Part shown: piece by piece, positions 1 to 10,059 of the stretch
Numbering within the stretch: the stretch's first letter is position 1
Layout of the letters: each line of letters begins with the position of its first letter
Assembly (NCBI GenBank): GCA_008369845.1
Contig: MRSU01002257.1
Coordinates: 1 to 41,053, forward strand
DNA from: Trichomonas gallinae
Taxonomy: Eukaryota
Direction: 5' to 3'
Length of the DNA stretch: 41,053 nucleotides
Translations under genes and position numbers: made by a program
Notes under the pieces: generated by a model
Told to the model about the DNA's origin: nothing
The model's input: the letters and a program-made list of their open reading frames with translations, nothing else
Databases searched by the model: none

Positions 1-35
1 TTTGAGAGAATTGAGCTTCGCTCAATTCTCTCAAA
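1..35. repeat. Perfect 16-bp inverted repeat with 3-nt loop
   Basis: TTTGAGAGAATTGAGC (1-16) - TTC - GCTCAATTCTCTCAAA (20-35). It may extend beyond the window edge. Confidence 0.9.
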
Positions 36-108
36 AGTCTTACCAAAAATCGCCAATCTTGTTCCATTCAATTATTCAAATGGTGTTCCTGCATTTGAAC
101 ATGTTTGA
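1..108 (+). CDS. 3' end of a gene entering from the left edge (…FERIELRSILSKVLPKIANLVPFNYSNGVPAFEHV*)
   Basis: Frame 1 is open from base 1 to TGA at 106-108 with coding-like composition, followed by very AT-rich intergenic DNA. Confidence 0.55.
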   Translation, partial: FERIELRSILSKVLPKIANLVPFNYSNGVPAFEHV

Positions 109-1006
109 AAAATTGAATGGATCAAGATTTTTTTATTTTTTCATGTTATTGAACATATATATCAAAAAATACATCTAATTTGCGTATATAAATTTATCAG
201 ATTTGTAAAAGATGAAAAATATCTAGATTCAATGTTTGCTAGAATTGAATCATAAAAAGCATTAATCATTCGAGTATTCATTTAATAAATCGTTTGGCAG
301 CAATTAATATATAAAAATTGTAATCAATTATCGATCAAAAAGAAAAATTTCAAATGAATTCAAATCGTCAGAAATGAATTCCTATATATTCATACAATTT
401 GAGAATCATTTTTTAAAGAGTCAAATTACAAAACTATCAGAACATATAAATCTTAAAAAAAATCTTAAAAATACAATTGAATTTGTTAACAATTCGAAAC
501 AAAAAAGATTCATTTATATGCTCAAGTAATAATTATTGTAATAAAATAATTTTTAAACGAAGTGTAGCGAACGTTCAAATAAATGCATTAATAGAGCATA
601 ATAACATGATATGGCAAAAATCTCAGTTGTTTTGAGATAACAATTGAATATATATCAAAATTCAATTAAACCTGTAATTGCCAATTAATTGTACTCACTT
701 GCATTCTAATAGTACATCAATCTACTATTGCAATAAAAAAAATCATATAATCATCGATGCTTCATGCTCTAAATGCTGATTATTGTCTTAAATCGACTTA
801 TATAAGTTTTCGACGAAAAATATATGCCATTTCAAATATTCTCTGAAAAATCACACACAATAACTCTTTAACACGCTTATTTTGTATTAGATATATTATT
901 TTATTATGTTTCTGATGATATTTTTACTTTTCAGAACCATGAAAAAAATAATAAAATTAATCTGATAAATATGTATATATTAATATTAATTTTGACTCAA
1001 TTGATC

Positions 1007-1020
1007 TCATTCAATTCATT
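1007..1020 (+). promoter_or_regulatory. Tandem initiator (Inr)-like elements TCATT
   Basis: TCATT at 1007-1011 and 1016-1020, just upstream of ATG 1032. Matches the trichomonad Inr TCAY(T/A). Similar Inrs at 3998-4002(-), 24968-24972(+), 28570-28574(-), 32138-32142(-) and 37765-37769(+). Confidence 0.7.
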
Positions 1021-1031
1021 CAAAAATTAAA

Positions 1032-2711
1032 ATGTTTCTTTCCTTGTTCTTATCGCTAGTCAGATCAGACACTGATATCAATGATGGACCACCTTCCTCT
1101 GCTCTACCGGATAAAGTACAAACAAATATCTCATATGATACCTCAAACTATGAAATTATTACAATTCCATGGGCTCAACGAAGAACTGCCAAAGAGGTGT
1201 GTGAGCGATTTACTTCTTTTTGGGATCAGTGGAATAACACTCTCGAGCCAGGTGCTGTATTGTATACTCAAGAGGATAACCTATCATGCAATTATATTCC
1301 TAAAATGCCGACTGAAAAAGATATTAAGGATGGCTTAGCCACATATAATTTTGTCCGTTGGTTAACTGGTTATAACAGAACGTTCTACGAAGTACCCAGG
1401 GATGAACCTGATTATCCAGTTGTCAATGCTTCATGTCAATGCGCTTTCCTTTCTTCGAATTATGGCTTTTTGGGTCACCACCTAGAAAATTCTTATCCTT
1501 GCCATGAAAAAATGCCTCATGCAGGTTATGGCTGCGCAAATTCAATGATTATCAACTATCGTGGTCATAAAAGCTACCAACACATTGCATTGAATCTGTA
1601 TGACGAAAATGCTTACCATCTTGGACATAGAAATGGCTTACTTTCACCCGAAATTGGCAATGTCACATTCTGCAAATCTGTTAATCAAATTTCAAAACCA
1701 GGTGAGTGGACTCAAGCAGGTGGTGCTGCTGCCATGATGTTTCAATTCTTTGAGGCATGGCCTAAAAATGGTCCACAAATGGTGCCAAAGGATCAATGGG
1801 AGATTCTTCCATTCATTTCAGTACCTGCCCCAGGATATGTTCCAAAGGAGTTTTTCCCATACTATAGTTCATTTGCTATTCCAGTAGGTGGTATCAAATT
1901 CGATCGTAATAACTTCTCCGTTGAAGCCTGGGCAAATGGTCATCCTGTGATGTTCGACAGTAGAGTGCCTCCAACAGCCATTTTCAGCTACTCAAGAAGT
2001 GTAATGCATCAAATCAGATGGCATATGGAAAATCAATCGGCATATCAATATCTATCCTGGTATGACGACCGCAACAATGAACTGATTGGCACGAATGCAC
2101 CAAATCAAGAATATAATTTCAAAGTCCATGATCATACAAATAAGAGGACTTTCATGTGGACAACATATACAGTTGATTGCTCTTTGCCTGAATCTGCATG
2201 GCCAAAGAGATTGCTGTATGCAACTCCAGCACCAACCCCACTTCCAACAGAGACACCTCATATGTCCCCTTTCCCATCCCCAACAAGAACAATCAGTCCA
2301 TCTAGATCATTCTCAGCATCACCAAAGCGTACACTTCGCCCAACATTAGCTCCAGAGCGCACAGATATCCCAAGAACATTAAAGCCGACATGGTCAGAAA
2401 TTCTAGCTCCAAGCAAATATCCTGATCCAACATTCTCACCAGCTCCTTCATTCAAAGAGCCAGATTTCGTCGCATATAAATCAGAATTGGATGCAGCTGC
2501 TGCATCCGCCGGAGCTGCTGCTGCCGCAGCTGCTAAAGCTGGTGAAGCAGGTACATCATCATCTAAGCCATCAGGTGCTATCACAGGAGCATTAATTGGC
2601 GGATTCATTGCTGTTCTTGTTGTTCTTGCTATTATTGACTTCTTTGTTATCAGACATGTTGTTAAACACAACCAAGAAAATGAAGATCAGGACTTCGAAA
2701 TCGCTGTCTGA
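1032..2711 (+). CDS. Type I membrane/surface protein with CAP (SCP-like) extracellular domain, P/T/S-rich stalk, TM helix and short acidic tail
   Basis: Short hydrophobic N-terminus (MFLSLFLSLVRS); CAP-like motifs YNFVRWLTG, LGHH, LGHRNGLLSP and VPAPGYVP; PTPxPT stalk; poly-Ala linker; TM ITGALIGGFIAVLVVLAIIDFFVI; tail ENEDQDFEIAV. Confidence 0.7.
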   Translation: MFLSLFLSLVRSDTDINDGPPSSALPDKVQTNISYDTSNYEIITIPWAQRRTAKEVCERFTSFWDQWNNTLEPGAVLYTQEDNLSCNYIPKMPTEKDIKDGLATYNFVRWLTGYNRTFYEVPRDEPDYPVVNASCQCAFLSSNYGFLGHHLENSYPCHEKMPHAGYGCANSMIINYRGHKSYQHIALNLYDENAYHLGHRNGLLSPEIGNVTFCKSVNQISKPGEWTQAGGAAAMMFQFFEAWPKNGPQMVPKDQWEILPFISVPAPGYVPKEFFPYYSSFAIPVGGIKFDRNNFSVEAWANGHPVMFDSRVPPTAIFSYSRSVMHQIRWHMENQSAYQYLSWYDDRNNELIGTNAPNQEYNFKVHDHTNKRTFMWTTYTVDCSLPESAWPKRLLYATPAPTPLPTETPHMSPFPSPTRTISPSRSFSASPKRTLRPTLAPERTDIPRTLKPTWSEILAPSKYPDPTFSPAPSFKEPDFVAYKSELDAAAASAGAAAAAAAKAGEAGTSSSKPSGAITGALIGGFIAVLVVLAIIDFFVIRHVVKHNQENEDQDFEIAV

Positions 2712-2888
2712 ATTCTTTAACAAACTATTCTATTTTTGATACTATTATTTGCCTTAAACAGTTATTGTAGTATTTTTTTTAATATATATTAATGATTTGT
2801 TCAACTCTATAAAAATTCAAAATTGAATTTAATTTATTACTATAAAGGCTTGATTCTTTAAATTAATAATTTACAAATAGAGTAATGG

Positions 2889-3989
2889 TTAAAATGTACA
2901 CTTTGAAAAGGAATCAACAACAAGATTCCTCAATTTTGTGAGTTTGAAAACCTCGCCGCCAAACATTTTAAGAGGCTTTCCGTTATATATAACCCTCATG
3001 GTCAAGTCGTTGTAAAGCTCGAAGATCAAATAGCTTCGATATGGAGGAATTGAAGTGATGAACGGGTAACCAAGTTTGGTCATCAGTCCGATAATAGTAG
3101 CATCATGAGCAGAGAAAAATGCAAACTTTGTCCTCCTTTCGCCACTTATTACAGCATCGAGATGTTCGAACATTGTTCTCCAGATGGAGCCACTTGCTTC
3201 ATTTGGATATTTCTGGGCCAAGCCTCCTGAATAATACGCTGTGTCATTCATTGCCAGCTCTAACATTTCATCCGTGACAAGTGCTGGAATTGGCTGGTTT
3301 GAGCAGATGAAAGAGTACATCCAATCTCCGAGCCACATCCAATTTTGGTCATCTGATTCTAACTTTAAGTAATCAAATAAAATTTTTTGCTTTGCTCGGG
3401 ATATATTTGCCCTCGCTTTGTACTCTTCTGTGGAAATGAACTCACTATATGCATTTTGCATGTCCTGGCAGCTATATGGGTCAGGGTTAAGCGGTTCGGA
3501 TCCACCAGAGCCAGTTAGATAAGTTATGATTTCGTTATGAGTGGAATTAGGATACATGCCGTGTATGAATGACATTAATGAGTGTTGGCAACGGATAGAT
3601 CGAGAAGAGCGGAGATACATTTCAAATGGGTCATAAACGTTTCTCAGGAACTTCAGCTTATCAACATAATAGGAGCGGAAGTACTGGCCAAGCTCATGGT
3701 GCTGTTTCATACCTTCAACTAGCAATCCTCCGGCTTCACAGCTGGGTTTGAAGCTTGTGCAGTCCAACACCCTCTTATATGACCTATATCTTATTCCCGA
3801 GGTCGGCTCATCCGGAGGAGATATCGCATCTTTGTTATCACAAATCCAAGTTCCAGACTCGTTTTCAAGGGCCCAGCTATCAACAGGAGCTCGAGCGCCA
3901 TGCCTAACAAAAGTTAGAACTGTGAGCAAGTTGTTTGCCAAAGGAGGAGGCATATCAAGAGGCGCAACACATTCAATACCTCGCGGCAT
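2889..3989 (-). CDS. Histidine acid phosphatase (branch 2)
   Basis: Catalytic RHGARAP (RHGxRxP), second R (RCQHS), HD motif (SAHDATI) and PPY motif. Inr TCATTTT upstream. Confidence 0.92.
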   Translation of the reverse strand: MPRGIECVAPLDMPPPLANNLLTVLTFVRHGARAPVDSWALENESGTWICDNKDAISPPDEPTSGIRYRSYKRVLDCTSFKPSCEAGGLLVEGMKQHHELGQYFRSYYVDKLKFLRNVYDPFEMYLRSSRSIRCQHSLMSFIHGMYPNSTHNEIITYLTGSGGSEPLNPDPYSCQDMQNAYSEFISTEEYKARANISRAKQKILFDYLKLESDDQNWMWLGDWMYSFICSNQPIPALVTDEMLELAMNDTAYYSGGLAQKYPNEASGSIWRTMFEHLDAVISGERRTKFAFFSAHDATIIGLMTKLGYPFITSIPPYRSYLIFELYNDLTMRVIYNGKPLKMFGGEVFKLTKLRNLVVDSFSKCTF

Positions 3990-4050
3990 TTTTTGAAAAT
4001 GATTTTGACACGTATTGTTCTCAATTTAAATTTAAATTTGACATACTCGG

Positions 4051-5361
4051 TTAATTTCGGATTACTAGTTGTTCGAGCCTGTCTGTTAGTTCAGGGAAGT
4101 TGTTCTCGTAGCAACATACTATATCTTCAATATCGATTGCGTCATTGATCCTCGTTAAATAATTTTGGTCAAGACTTTGTATAATATCGGTTAATTTGAT
4201 GATTGAGTTGAGAATATGCCCATTAATGCGCATACTGTTACCTATTTCGAGAACACCGCAGTAAAATCTCAATATATCATCAAATCTTTCAACGAATTGA
4301 TTTAAATCAGTGTGATTCAGTATTAAAATAAGCTGCGAAATGATTGATGCTGCATGCTGTTTGCAACACGAGTCATATCGAAAATCTGGCACAAATTTCA
4401 CGGTAAAATTATCAAACATTAAAATTATCGGTAAGTTTTGTATATTCAGTTCTAATATTCTATCTATTATCTTTAAAGCAACTAATTTCCCAGCTTGACT
4501 GCCTCCATTAAAAACATTTTCCAAAATATTATCGATGAATGGGATAATGTCGTAATTATAGTTTTTGATGAGAATTAAAAGACATTTGAGAGCTAAAAGA
4601 ACATGTTCATGAAATGATGAACCAATTATTTCGTTTAATATTATCATATCAAAATTCTGAATCAAGAAATTTCCATTGCTTTTATTCGATAGTAATGAAA
4701 TTATGATGTTTAGCGCAATTTTCGATGTGTCATCTTGTAAAATAAACATTTCTATTGGTTTGATTATATTTGTTTTTTCTAGGTCAAAAAATTGCAGATT
4801 TGATATCCTTCTGTATAAAATACCCAATGATCTCGCATATTCTGTCGTGCAATTATAAAGATTTTGATTTAATATTTGGAAATTGATATTATGATATATG
4901 TATTCTTTGAATGGATTTCTACACTGGATCATCAAATTATCTATTATGGTTATTGCCGAATGATGATTTGAGTTATTGAGCCAAAATAACATTATATTCG
5001 AAACATCTTCGTTTTGAAAGATTTCGTTTAACGATGATGGCTGTGCTGTAAGATTTATCACAAAATTGAAGTAAATTTCTTGTATTGATGTTATATCAAT
5101 TTGATTTAAAGCGAAAATTATATCTCTGAGAAGGTAAGTGATTTCAGTACCATCTAAAACTATGTCTTTGACGTATAAAATATATTTAATTTCTTGTAAA
5201 AGTCCGGATATTTTTTGTAAATTTGGATTTCGCTGATTTAGTTCAATTTTTAATGCCTCAAGAGCATCTGTGAGTCTGTTGTAATATTGTAAATCTTGTT
5301 CTTGGTTCAAATTTTCTAAATTATTTTGCATGTTATTATAATCTCCTTCTTTATATTCCAT
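4051..5361 (-). CDS. Hypothetical alpha-helical (ARM/HEAT-like) protein
   Basis: 436-aa ORF, I/L/N-rich amphipathic helical pattern, no catalytic motif seen. Fold call is inference. Confidence 0.7.
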   Translation of the reverse strand: MEYKEGDYNNMQNNLENLNQEQDLQYYNRLTDALEALKIELNQRNPNLQKISGLLQEIKYILYVKDIVLDGTEITYLLRDIIFALNQIDITSIQEIYFNFVINLTAQPSSLNEIFQNEDVSNIMLFWLNNSNHHSAITIIDNLMIQCRNPFKEYIYHNINFQILNQNLYNCTTEYARSLGILYRRISNLQFFDLEKTNIIKPIEMFILQDDTSKIALNIIISLLSNKSNGNFLIQNFDMIILNEIIGSSFHEHVLLALKCLLILIKNYNYDIIPFIDNILENVFNGGSQAGKLVALKIIDRILELNIQNLPIILMFDNFTVKFVPDFRYDSCCKQHAASIISQLILILNHTDLNQFVERFDDILRFYCGVLEIGNSMRINGHILNSIIKLTDIIQSLDQNYLTRINDAIDIEDIVCCYENNFPELTDRLEQLVIRN

Positions 5362-5454
5362 ATAAACTTTTAGAACATAAAGATAATCAAATCAATAGTA
5401 ATTAAGCCATATCTATAAGATAATATATGAAATGTTTACACAAAAAAAATTAAA

Positions 5455-6858
5455 TTAATCTGATGATGAGCTATCACTAGATGATGAATCAGAACTGTCT
5501 TTGCGTACAACTACAGTAACCATATTAGGCTGATTTGGCGGTCTCATGATATTCTGCATTGGATTCATGAAATATCTTGGATAATTTGGCGGAATATTAT
5601 ACGGCGACATGATATATCCCATGAAGAGCCTAGGCATGCCAATAGTAGGAGCAAATGGAGCGTTATATTGTTGAGTAATAATAATTTCTTCATCGCCGGA
5701 TGAGCTTGAAGAAGAACTATGCCCCTTCTTTTTATCTTTCTTCTTATCCTTCTTTTTGTCTTTATGCTTCTTGTCTTTCTTGCTTTCTTTCTTCTTTTTG
5801 TCTTTCTTCTCTTCTTTGTCTTCCTTTTGAGACTCAGCTGGTGGCTCTTCTGGCTCATTTTCGCTATATTCAGAAGTAGATTCTTCTTCAACTTTGTTTT
5901 CGGCATAATCGTTCTTATTTTCTTGCTTTTCGTCCGATTCTTTGACCTCTTGCTTTTCTCTTGCAGCCTTTGATATGGATTTTTCGGAAATCTTAACTTT
6001 AGTCTTGTTTTCTTCGTTTCTATCTTCTTCTTTCTTAGCTTTTCCTGATTTAATTTGCTTTTGAAGATCCTCTTTAATTGATTTGATTTTTTCAGGTGTC
6101 ATTTTTGCGTATTCGTCTTTTGATTCTTGAGAAAGCTTAATGAATTCCTTCTTAACTTCAACAAGAACGCGGAAATCGCTTAAATTCGGATTTTGAGATT
6201 TGATAAAATCATAATGTGCATCTGAAAAATTTTGAAGAGCAGTTCGTTGCTCTGTGGTGTTTGAGTCGCGAATTAAGTAAGGTGCCGTAGATCTTTCTTC
6301 TGATGTTGATGAAGCACCAGTAAGGCTTGCTAATGATGGTTTAAGCTCTGTTTTAGTTAGCAATTTAACTGGACTACTTAATTTTCCGAATGTTCCAATT
6401 GTTGAATCTTGATATTTGTCAAGATTGTAATCTGGTTTGAAGCTATGACCAAATGCGGCTGTAGATCCAAGCTTTGGCTGCATTTGAACCTTTGAATGGG
6501 AGAAAGCTGAATCTTTTTCATTATCGGAATCAGAATCTGATCCACCTTTCTTGAGATTTAATTTGAAATTGAATTTTGGATTGGCTGGGGCTTCTCCCAT
6601 ATTTAACTTTAAGCCCTTAAATTTATCTGCAAAATTTAATCCAGCTTTTAACGGCGATTCTTGTGGTGTAGTCTTTTTCTGTGTGCGCTGAAGATAGGGT
6701 GAGTCTGGTTTTCTGAATTTTGCACGCTCTTCTTCAGACATTTTTCTCCATCGATCTGCGATTTCTTTGATAATTTCTTTCTTTCCCCACTCAGGATGTT
6801 CCTTCTTAATCTCTGGCTCGATTTTATCACGAAATTGATTCAAAGGATTAACATTCAT
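5455..6858 (-). CDS. HMG-box protein (two HMG-like boxes) with K/E/D-rich and Ser-rich low-complexity regions
   Basis: N-terminal PLNQFRDKIEPEIKKEHPEWGKKEIIKEIADRWRKMSEEERAKF. Second box TALQNFSDAHYDFIKSQNPNLS…EFIKLSQESKDEY. Confidence 0.85.
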   Translation of the reverse strand: MNVNPLNQFRDKIEPEIKKEHPEWGKKEIIKEIADRWRKMSEEERAKFRKPDSPYLQRTQKKTTPQESPLKAGLNFADKFKGLKLNMGEAPANPKFNFKLNLKKGGSDSDSDNEKDSAFSHSKVQMQPKLGSTAAFGHSFKPDYNLDKYQDSTIGTFGKLSSPVKLLTKTELKPSLASLTGASSTSEERSTAPYLIRDSNTTEQRTALQNFSDAHYDFIKSQNPNLSDFRVLVEVKKEFIKLSQESKDEYAKMTPEKIKSIKEDLQKQIKSGKAKKEEDRNEENKTKVKISEKSISKAAREKQEVKESDEKQENKNDYAENKVEEESTSEYSENEPEEPPAESQKEDKEEKKDKKKKESKKDKKHKDKKKDKKKDKKKGHSSSSSSSGDEEIIITQQYNAPFAPTIGMPRLFMGYIMSPYNIPPNYPRYFMNPMQNIMRPPNQPNMVTVVVRKDSSDSSSSDSSSSD

Positions 6859-7385
6859 AGTCTTTCACACAAAAAAAATAAGTATACGTTTATTATATTT
6901 TTGCCTCGGTTTTATTTTCATCATTTTATTTGATAAATAGCTTTAATATTATATGTAAATCATATTTTTATGGAAAATTTACCAAAGTAAAATTCGTTTT
7001 CTCGGAGAAACTTCGCAGTGCAAAAATCATTATTTCTCATATTTATTATGTCCTAACCAAATTCATTACATGAAGTAGCATCATATCTTTATATTTGAAT
7101 ATACAAAAATGTTTGGTAATGCATTTCAGTCATGAGATTTTTGCACAAAAATGGAGGCACATCTTCAAAATTCTATTTGTTTATTACAGCATTGTATATA
7201 ATCTACTTAAAATCTAGTTATGAATGAATCACAAATTTCATACTAAAATTAAAATATTTTTTCTGTATATAAAAATATTCATCAAAACCAAGCAGAATCA
7301 GGTAAAACCAAGAAAGCAAGTTATATACATACATTCTTTATACAAACAAATAATAATATCTAAAAAATAAAATTATGAAGAATTA

Positions 7386-8434
7386 CTAATTAGAAAATAG
7401 TTCCATGACGTTGTCGCACTTATAGTTTTTGACTAAAAACTCAGTTATGTGCTCTAATTCATTGTCTTCTGGATTTCCATTAAAATCTTGAATTGCTAAG
7501 CCATTATAAGGCTGCAACATATAACATGCGGGAGAATTATCAACGATGATAACCTTCCTAAGATCTCTTCCAAGCTTAGCCAAATCTTTCACGAAAGTTC
7601 CATTATATATCAGGCAAGACTCTCTATATAGTCTATATTTTATATAATGGTTGGGATCTATGCGATCCAGAATATAGTCTGCATAGTTTTGCCTCGCTGT
7701 CGTGAAAGTTACGAGTTCAAAATATTTTGAAAGTCTTTTCAAGAATTTATGAAGTCCAGGTCGCACTGACACATATATATCATACGTTATGTCATCATTT
7801 GTCATGTAAAAATGAAAATCTGCATGCGGATCAGCCACGAAAGTTGAATGCACGAGAGTTTCATCGATATCAAGGATCAACGTAATCTTTTTTAGATCCT
7901 TCTGGTCCTTTGGAGGCAATAGGTCTAATGTTTTATTTGCTACCTGTGTGTTAGTAAATTATCAAAATTAAAAAAAGTGATTTCATTAATGAAACCACTT
8001 TTTTCTTTAAAAATACATACTGAGTACGAGCTATATGGTGCTGTTCTTGTTGGATAAATCTTCTGTCTCGAACAGCAAAATTCGCAACATGTTGTCTGAT
8101 TTAAATGCGAGCTTGAAGCTATACTTACAACTGTTACAGGTATGTTGACGGTATCTGTACCAGTAAATGTCAATGTTTCTATAGAATCTGTTAATGTTTC
8201 TGTAACTCTGCTATTTGTCGTATCTTGATAGTGTTGATCGAGACTTACCAGTCCTTCTATGCCATTCGTCCTTCTTACATAGTGCATTGCCTTTTCTCTG
8301 CCGAACAAAATTTTGACCAGATCGCATTCTATTGTTCTGATCTTGTTTAACGACACGACGAGATTCTCTGTGTAGTCACTACTAGAAGATTGCGATTCGT
8401 CAACATCACTGTCGGTCATATGACCATTTGACAT
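7386..8434 (-). CDS. SCP/CTDSP/Psr-type small CTD phosphatase (NIF/FCP1-homology HAD family), two exons: 8434-8021 and 7943-7386, 323 aa
   Basis: Removing intron 8020-7944 joins …PYSSYS|VANKTLDLLPPKDQ… in frame. DxDxT motif LDIDETLVHS, plus RPG, FTT, KDL and IVDNSP motifs. Cys cluster CCEFCC upstream of the domain. Confidence 0.93.
7944..8020 (-). other. 77-nt phase-0 spliceosomal intron
   Basis: Minus strand: 5' splice site GTATGT, AT-rich body, and fused branch point/3' splice site ACTAACACACAG (the conserved 12-nt trichomonad motif). Removal restores the reading frame. Confidence 0.95.
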
Positions 8435-8549
8435 CGCGAAAAAGATTTTTGCAAAAAAAAATTCACGTTTTTTTACTTTCCCTGATTTTTATTACTGGTT
8501 TAGATTATTGATCAAATATTTAATCTATTTATCACGAAATTTTTGCGAT

Positions 8550-9030
8550 CCAGCGAAAAAATTTCGATTTCAAAAATTTAATCATAATTTTGAGACATTT
8601 AATATAGATTTTCAAATTTGAAATGATATATAAATAACAAATCGATAAACAAAACTATATTTTATCGATAACTTTTTTGAATGAAAAATTCAAAACATAA
8701 ATTTGAGCCATTTTATATTGGTTTTTAAATTTTATTGATATAAGAATACCAAATCATTTATCATAACTATATTTTATCGATAATTTTTTGATTAAAAAAT
8801 TTAATTCTTAGTATTATGCCATTTTATATATATTGTAAAATTTTATCGATATACAATGAACAAATAATTAATGAAAATTATATATTGTCGATGATTATTT
8901 TGATTGAAAAATTTATTCACAGTTTTGTGTAATTTTATATAGATTTTAATATTGTTATTTATATATAATGAATAAATCATCAATCAAAACTATAGTTTAT
9001 CGATGATTTAATTGGATCAAAAAAAATTAT
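8550..9030. repeat. Degenerate tandem repeat, ~112-bp unit, ~4 copies
   Basis: Anchor AACTATATTTTATCGATAA or variants start at 8653, 8765, 8876 and 8988 (spacing 112, 111, 112). Flanking blocks (AAAAATT, CATTTTATAT, GATATA…AAATC) also recur. Confidence 0.85.
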
Positions 9031-9174
9031 TTGCTCAAAAATCAAATTTTCGATGTAAAATGTGTTATATATGCTTTGTTATATTCAAAAATATAATTTA
9101 TTTGATAATTAAATGTAAACAGTAGTTTACAAATCCCCTAAATTAGCAAAGATTTAAGGGTCTGACACTTAAAA

Positions 9175-10059
9175 ATGCTTGATTGGTTGGATGATTTACC
9201 TTACGGCACGAAATCTCTTTTAGTCTTCATGGTTATTCTGCACATAGTCAAATTCGCATTATTCGATTCATCGATCGTCAATCAAATCACATTAGTTCCA
9301 ATTTTAGTAATTAAAAAATTCCAAGTCTGGAGACTGTTTACGGCACAGTTTTTCCATAATGACATCCTCCACTTGATCATGAACATGATGGCTTTCTATT
9401 CTTTAGGAAATTCATTTGAAAGATCAGTTGGAACTTTAGCTTTTATCTATTACATGTTCATATTCGGCATCATTTCGAACTTACTTGACGTTTTTATTGC
9501 TTGGTTTATGCTTTGGGGCGGCAGACCGGAACATTTCATTGGTGGAGCCTTAGGATTCTCTGGCGTCCTTTTCAGCCTCATGGTTATTGATACAGAAGTC
9601 TCTCCAGGCAGCCAGAGATCAGTAATGGGCCTGTTCCTCGTTCCAAAAGATTTATATCCTTGGGCGATGCTTTTATTCATGTCTATCATCATTCCAAACG
9701 CTTCACTGCTCGGACACGGAACAGGAATAGTCGTAGGATACCTTTACACTATCGGGCTGCTTAAATTCATTGTTCCAAGCTCGCAAACATTCGCCAAGAT
9801 AGAAAGGAAGCTTTGCTGCTGCTGCACTGGCTCCAGGGGCTACAAACCAGCCGATAACAACAACCCACAGGACAGGGACTACCAGCCTTACGCATTCTTC
9901 AACAATTTCGGCGGCGGAGCAGATAATGATAACAACGAGTTGCCCGAATTGGGTCCTAACCCTCACGCACTCAATGCGAACGCGCCAAGGAACAACAACA
10001 ATAACAATAATAACCATCACAACCCATTCCAGGGAACAGCACACACACTTGATGCGTAA
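9175..10059 (+). CDS. Rhomboid intramembrane serine protease (RHBDL4/RHBDD1-like), predicted active
   Basis: WRLFT, HxxxxHxxxN, catalytic GFSG, PW and GHxxGxxxG motifs; multiple TM helices; Asn-rich tail ending FQGTAHTL. Confidence 0.92.
   Translation: MLDWLDDLPYGTKSLLVFMVILHIVKFALFDSSIVNQITLVPILVIKKFQVWRLFTAQFFHNDILHLIMNMMAFYSLGNSFERSVGTLAFIYYMFIFGIISNLLDVFIAWFMLWGGRPEHFIGGALGFSGVLFSLMVIDTEVSPGSQRSVMGLFLVPKDLYPWAMLLFMSIIIPNASLLGHGTGIVVGYLYTIGLLKFIVPSSQTFAKIERKLCCCCTGSRGYKPADNNNPQDRDYQPYAFFNNFGGGADNDNNELPELGPNPHALNANAPRNNNNNNNNHHNPFQGTAHTLDA

Noticed and set aside
5720..5830. Simple repeats (TTC/TTTC run here, GCT at ~2495-2540, AAC at ~9990-10020)
   Set aside because: They encode low-complexity Lys/Asp, Ala and Asn tracts within ordinary CDSs.
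7940..8434. 164-aa ORF as a stand-alone gene (and 7386-7919 as a TTG-start gene or frameshifted pseudogene)
   Set aside because: Better explained as two exons joined by the canonical intron 7944-8020.
8550..9030. CRISPR array or transposon interpretation of the periodic repeat
   Set aside because: Whole units are homologous with no unique spacers, and there are no cas genes, terminal inverted repeats or transposase.
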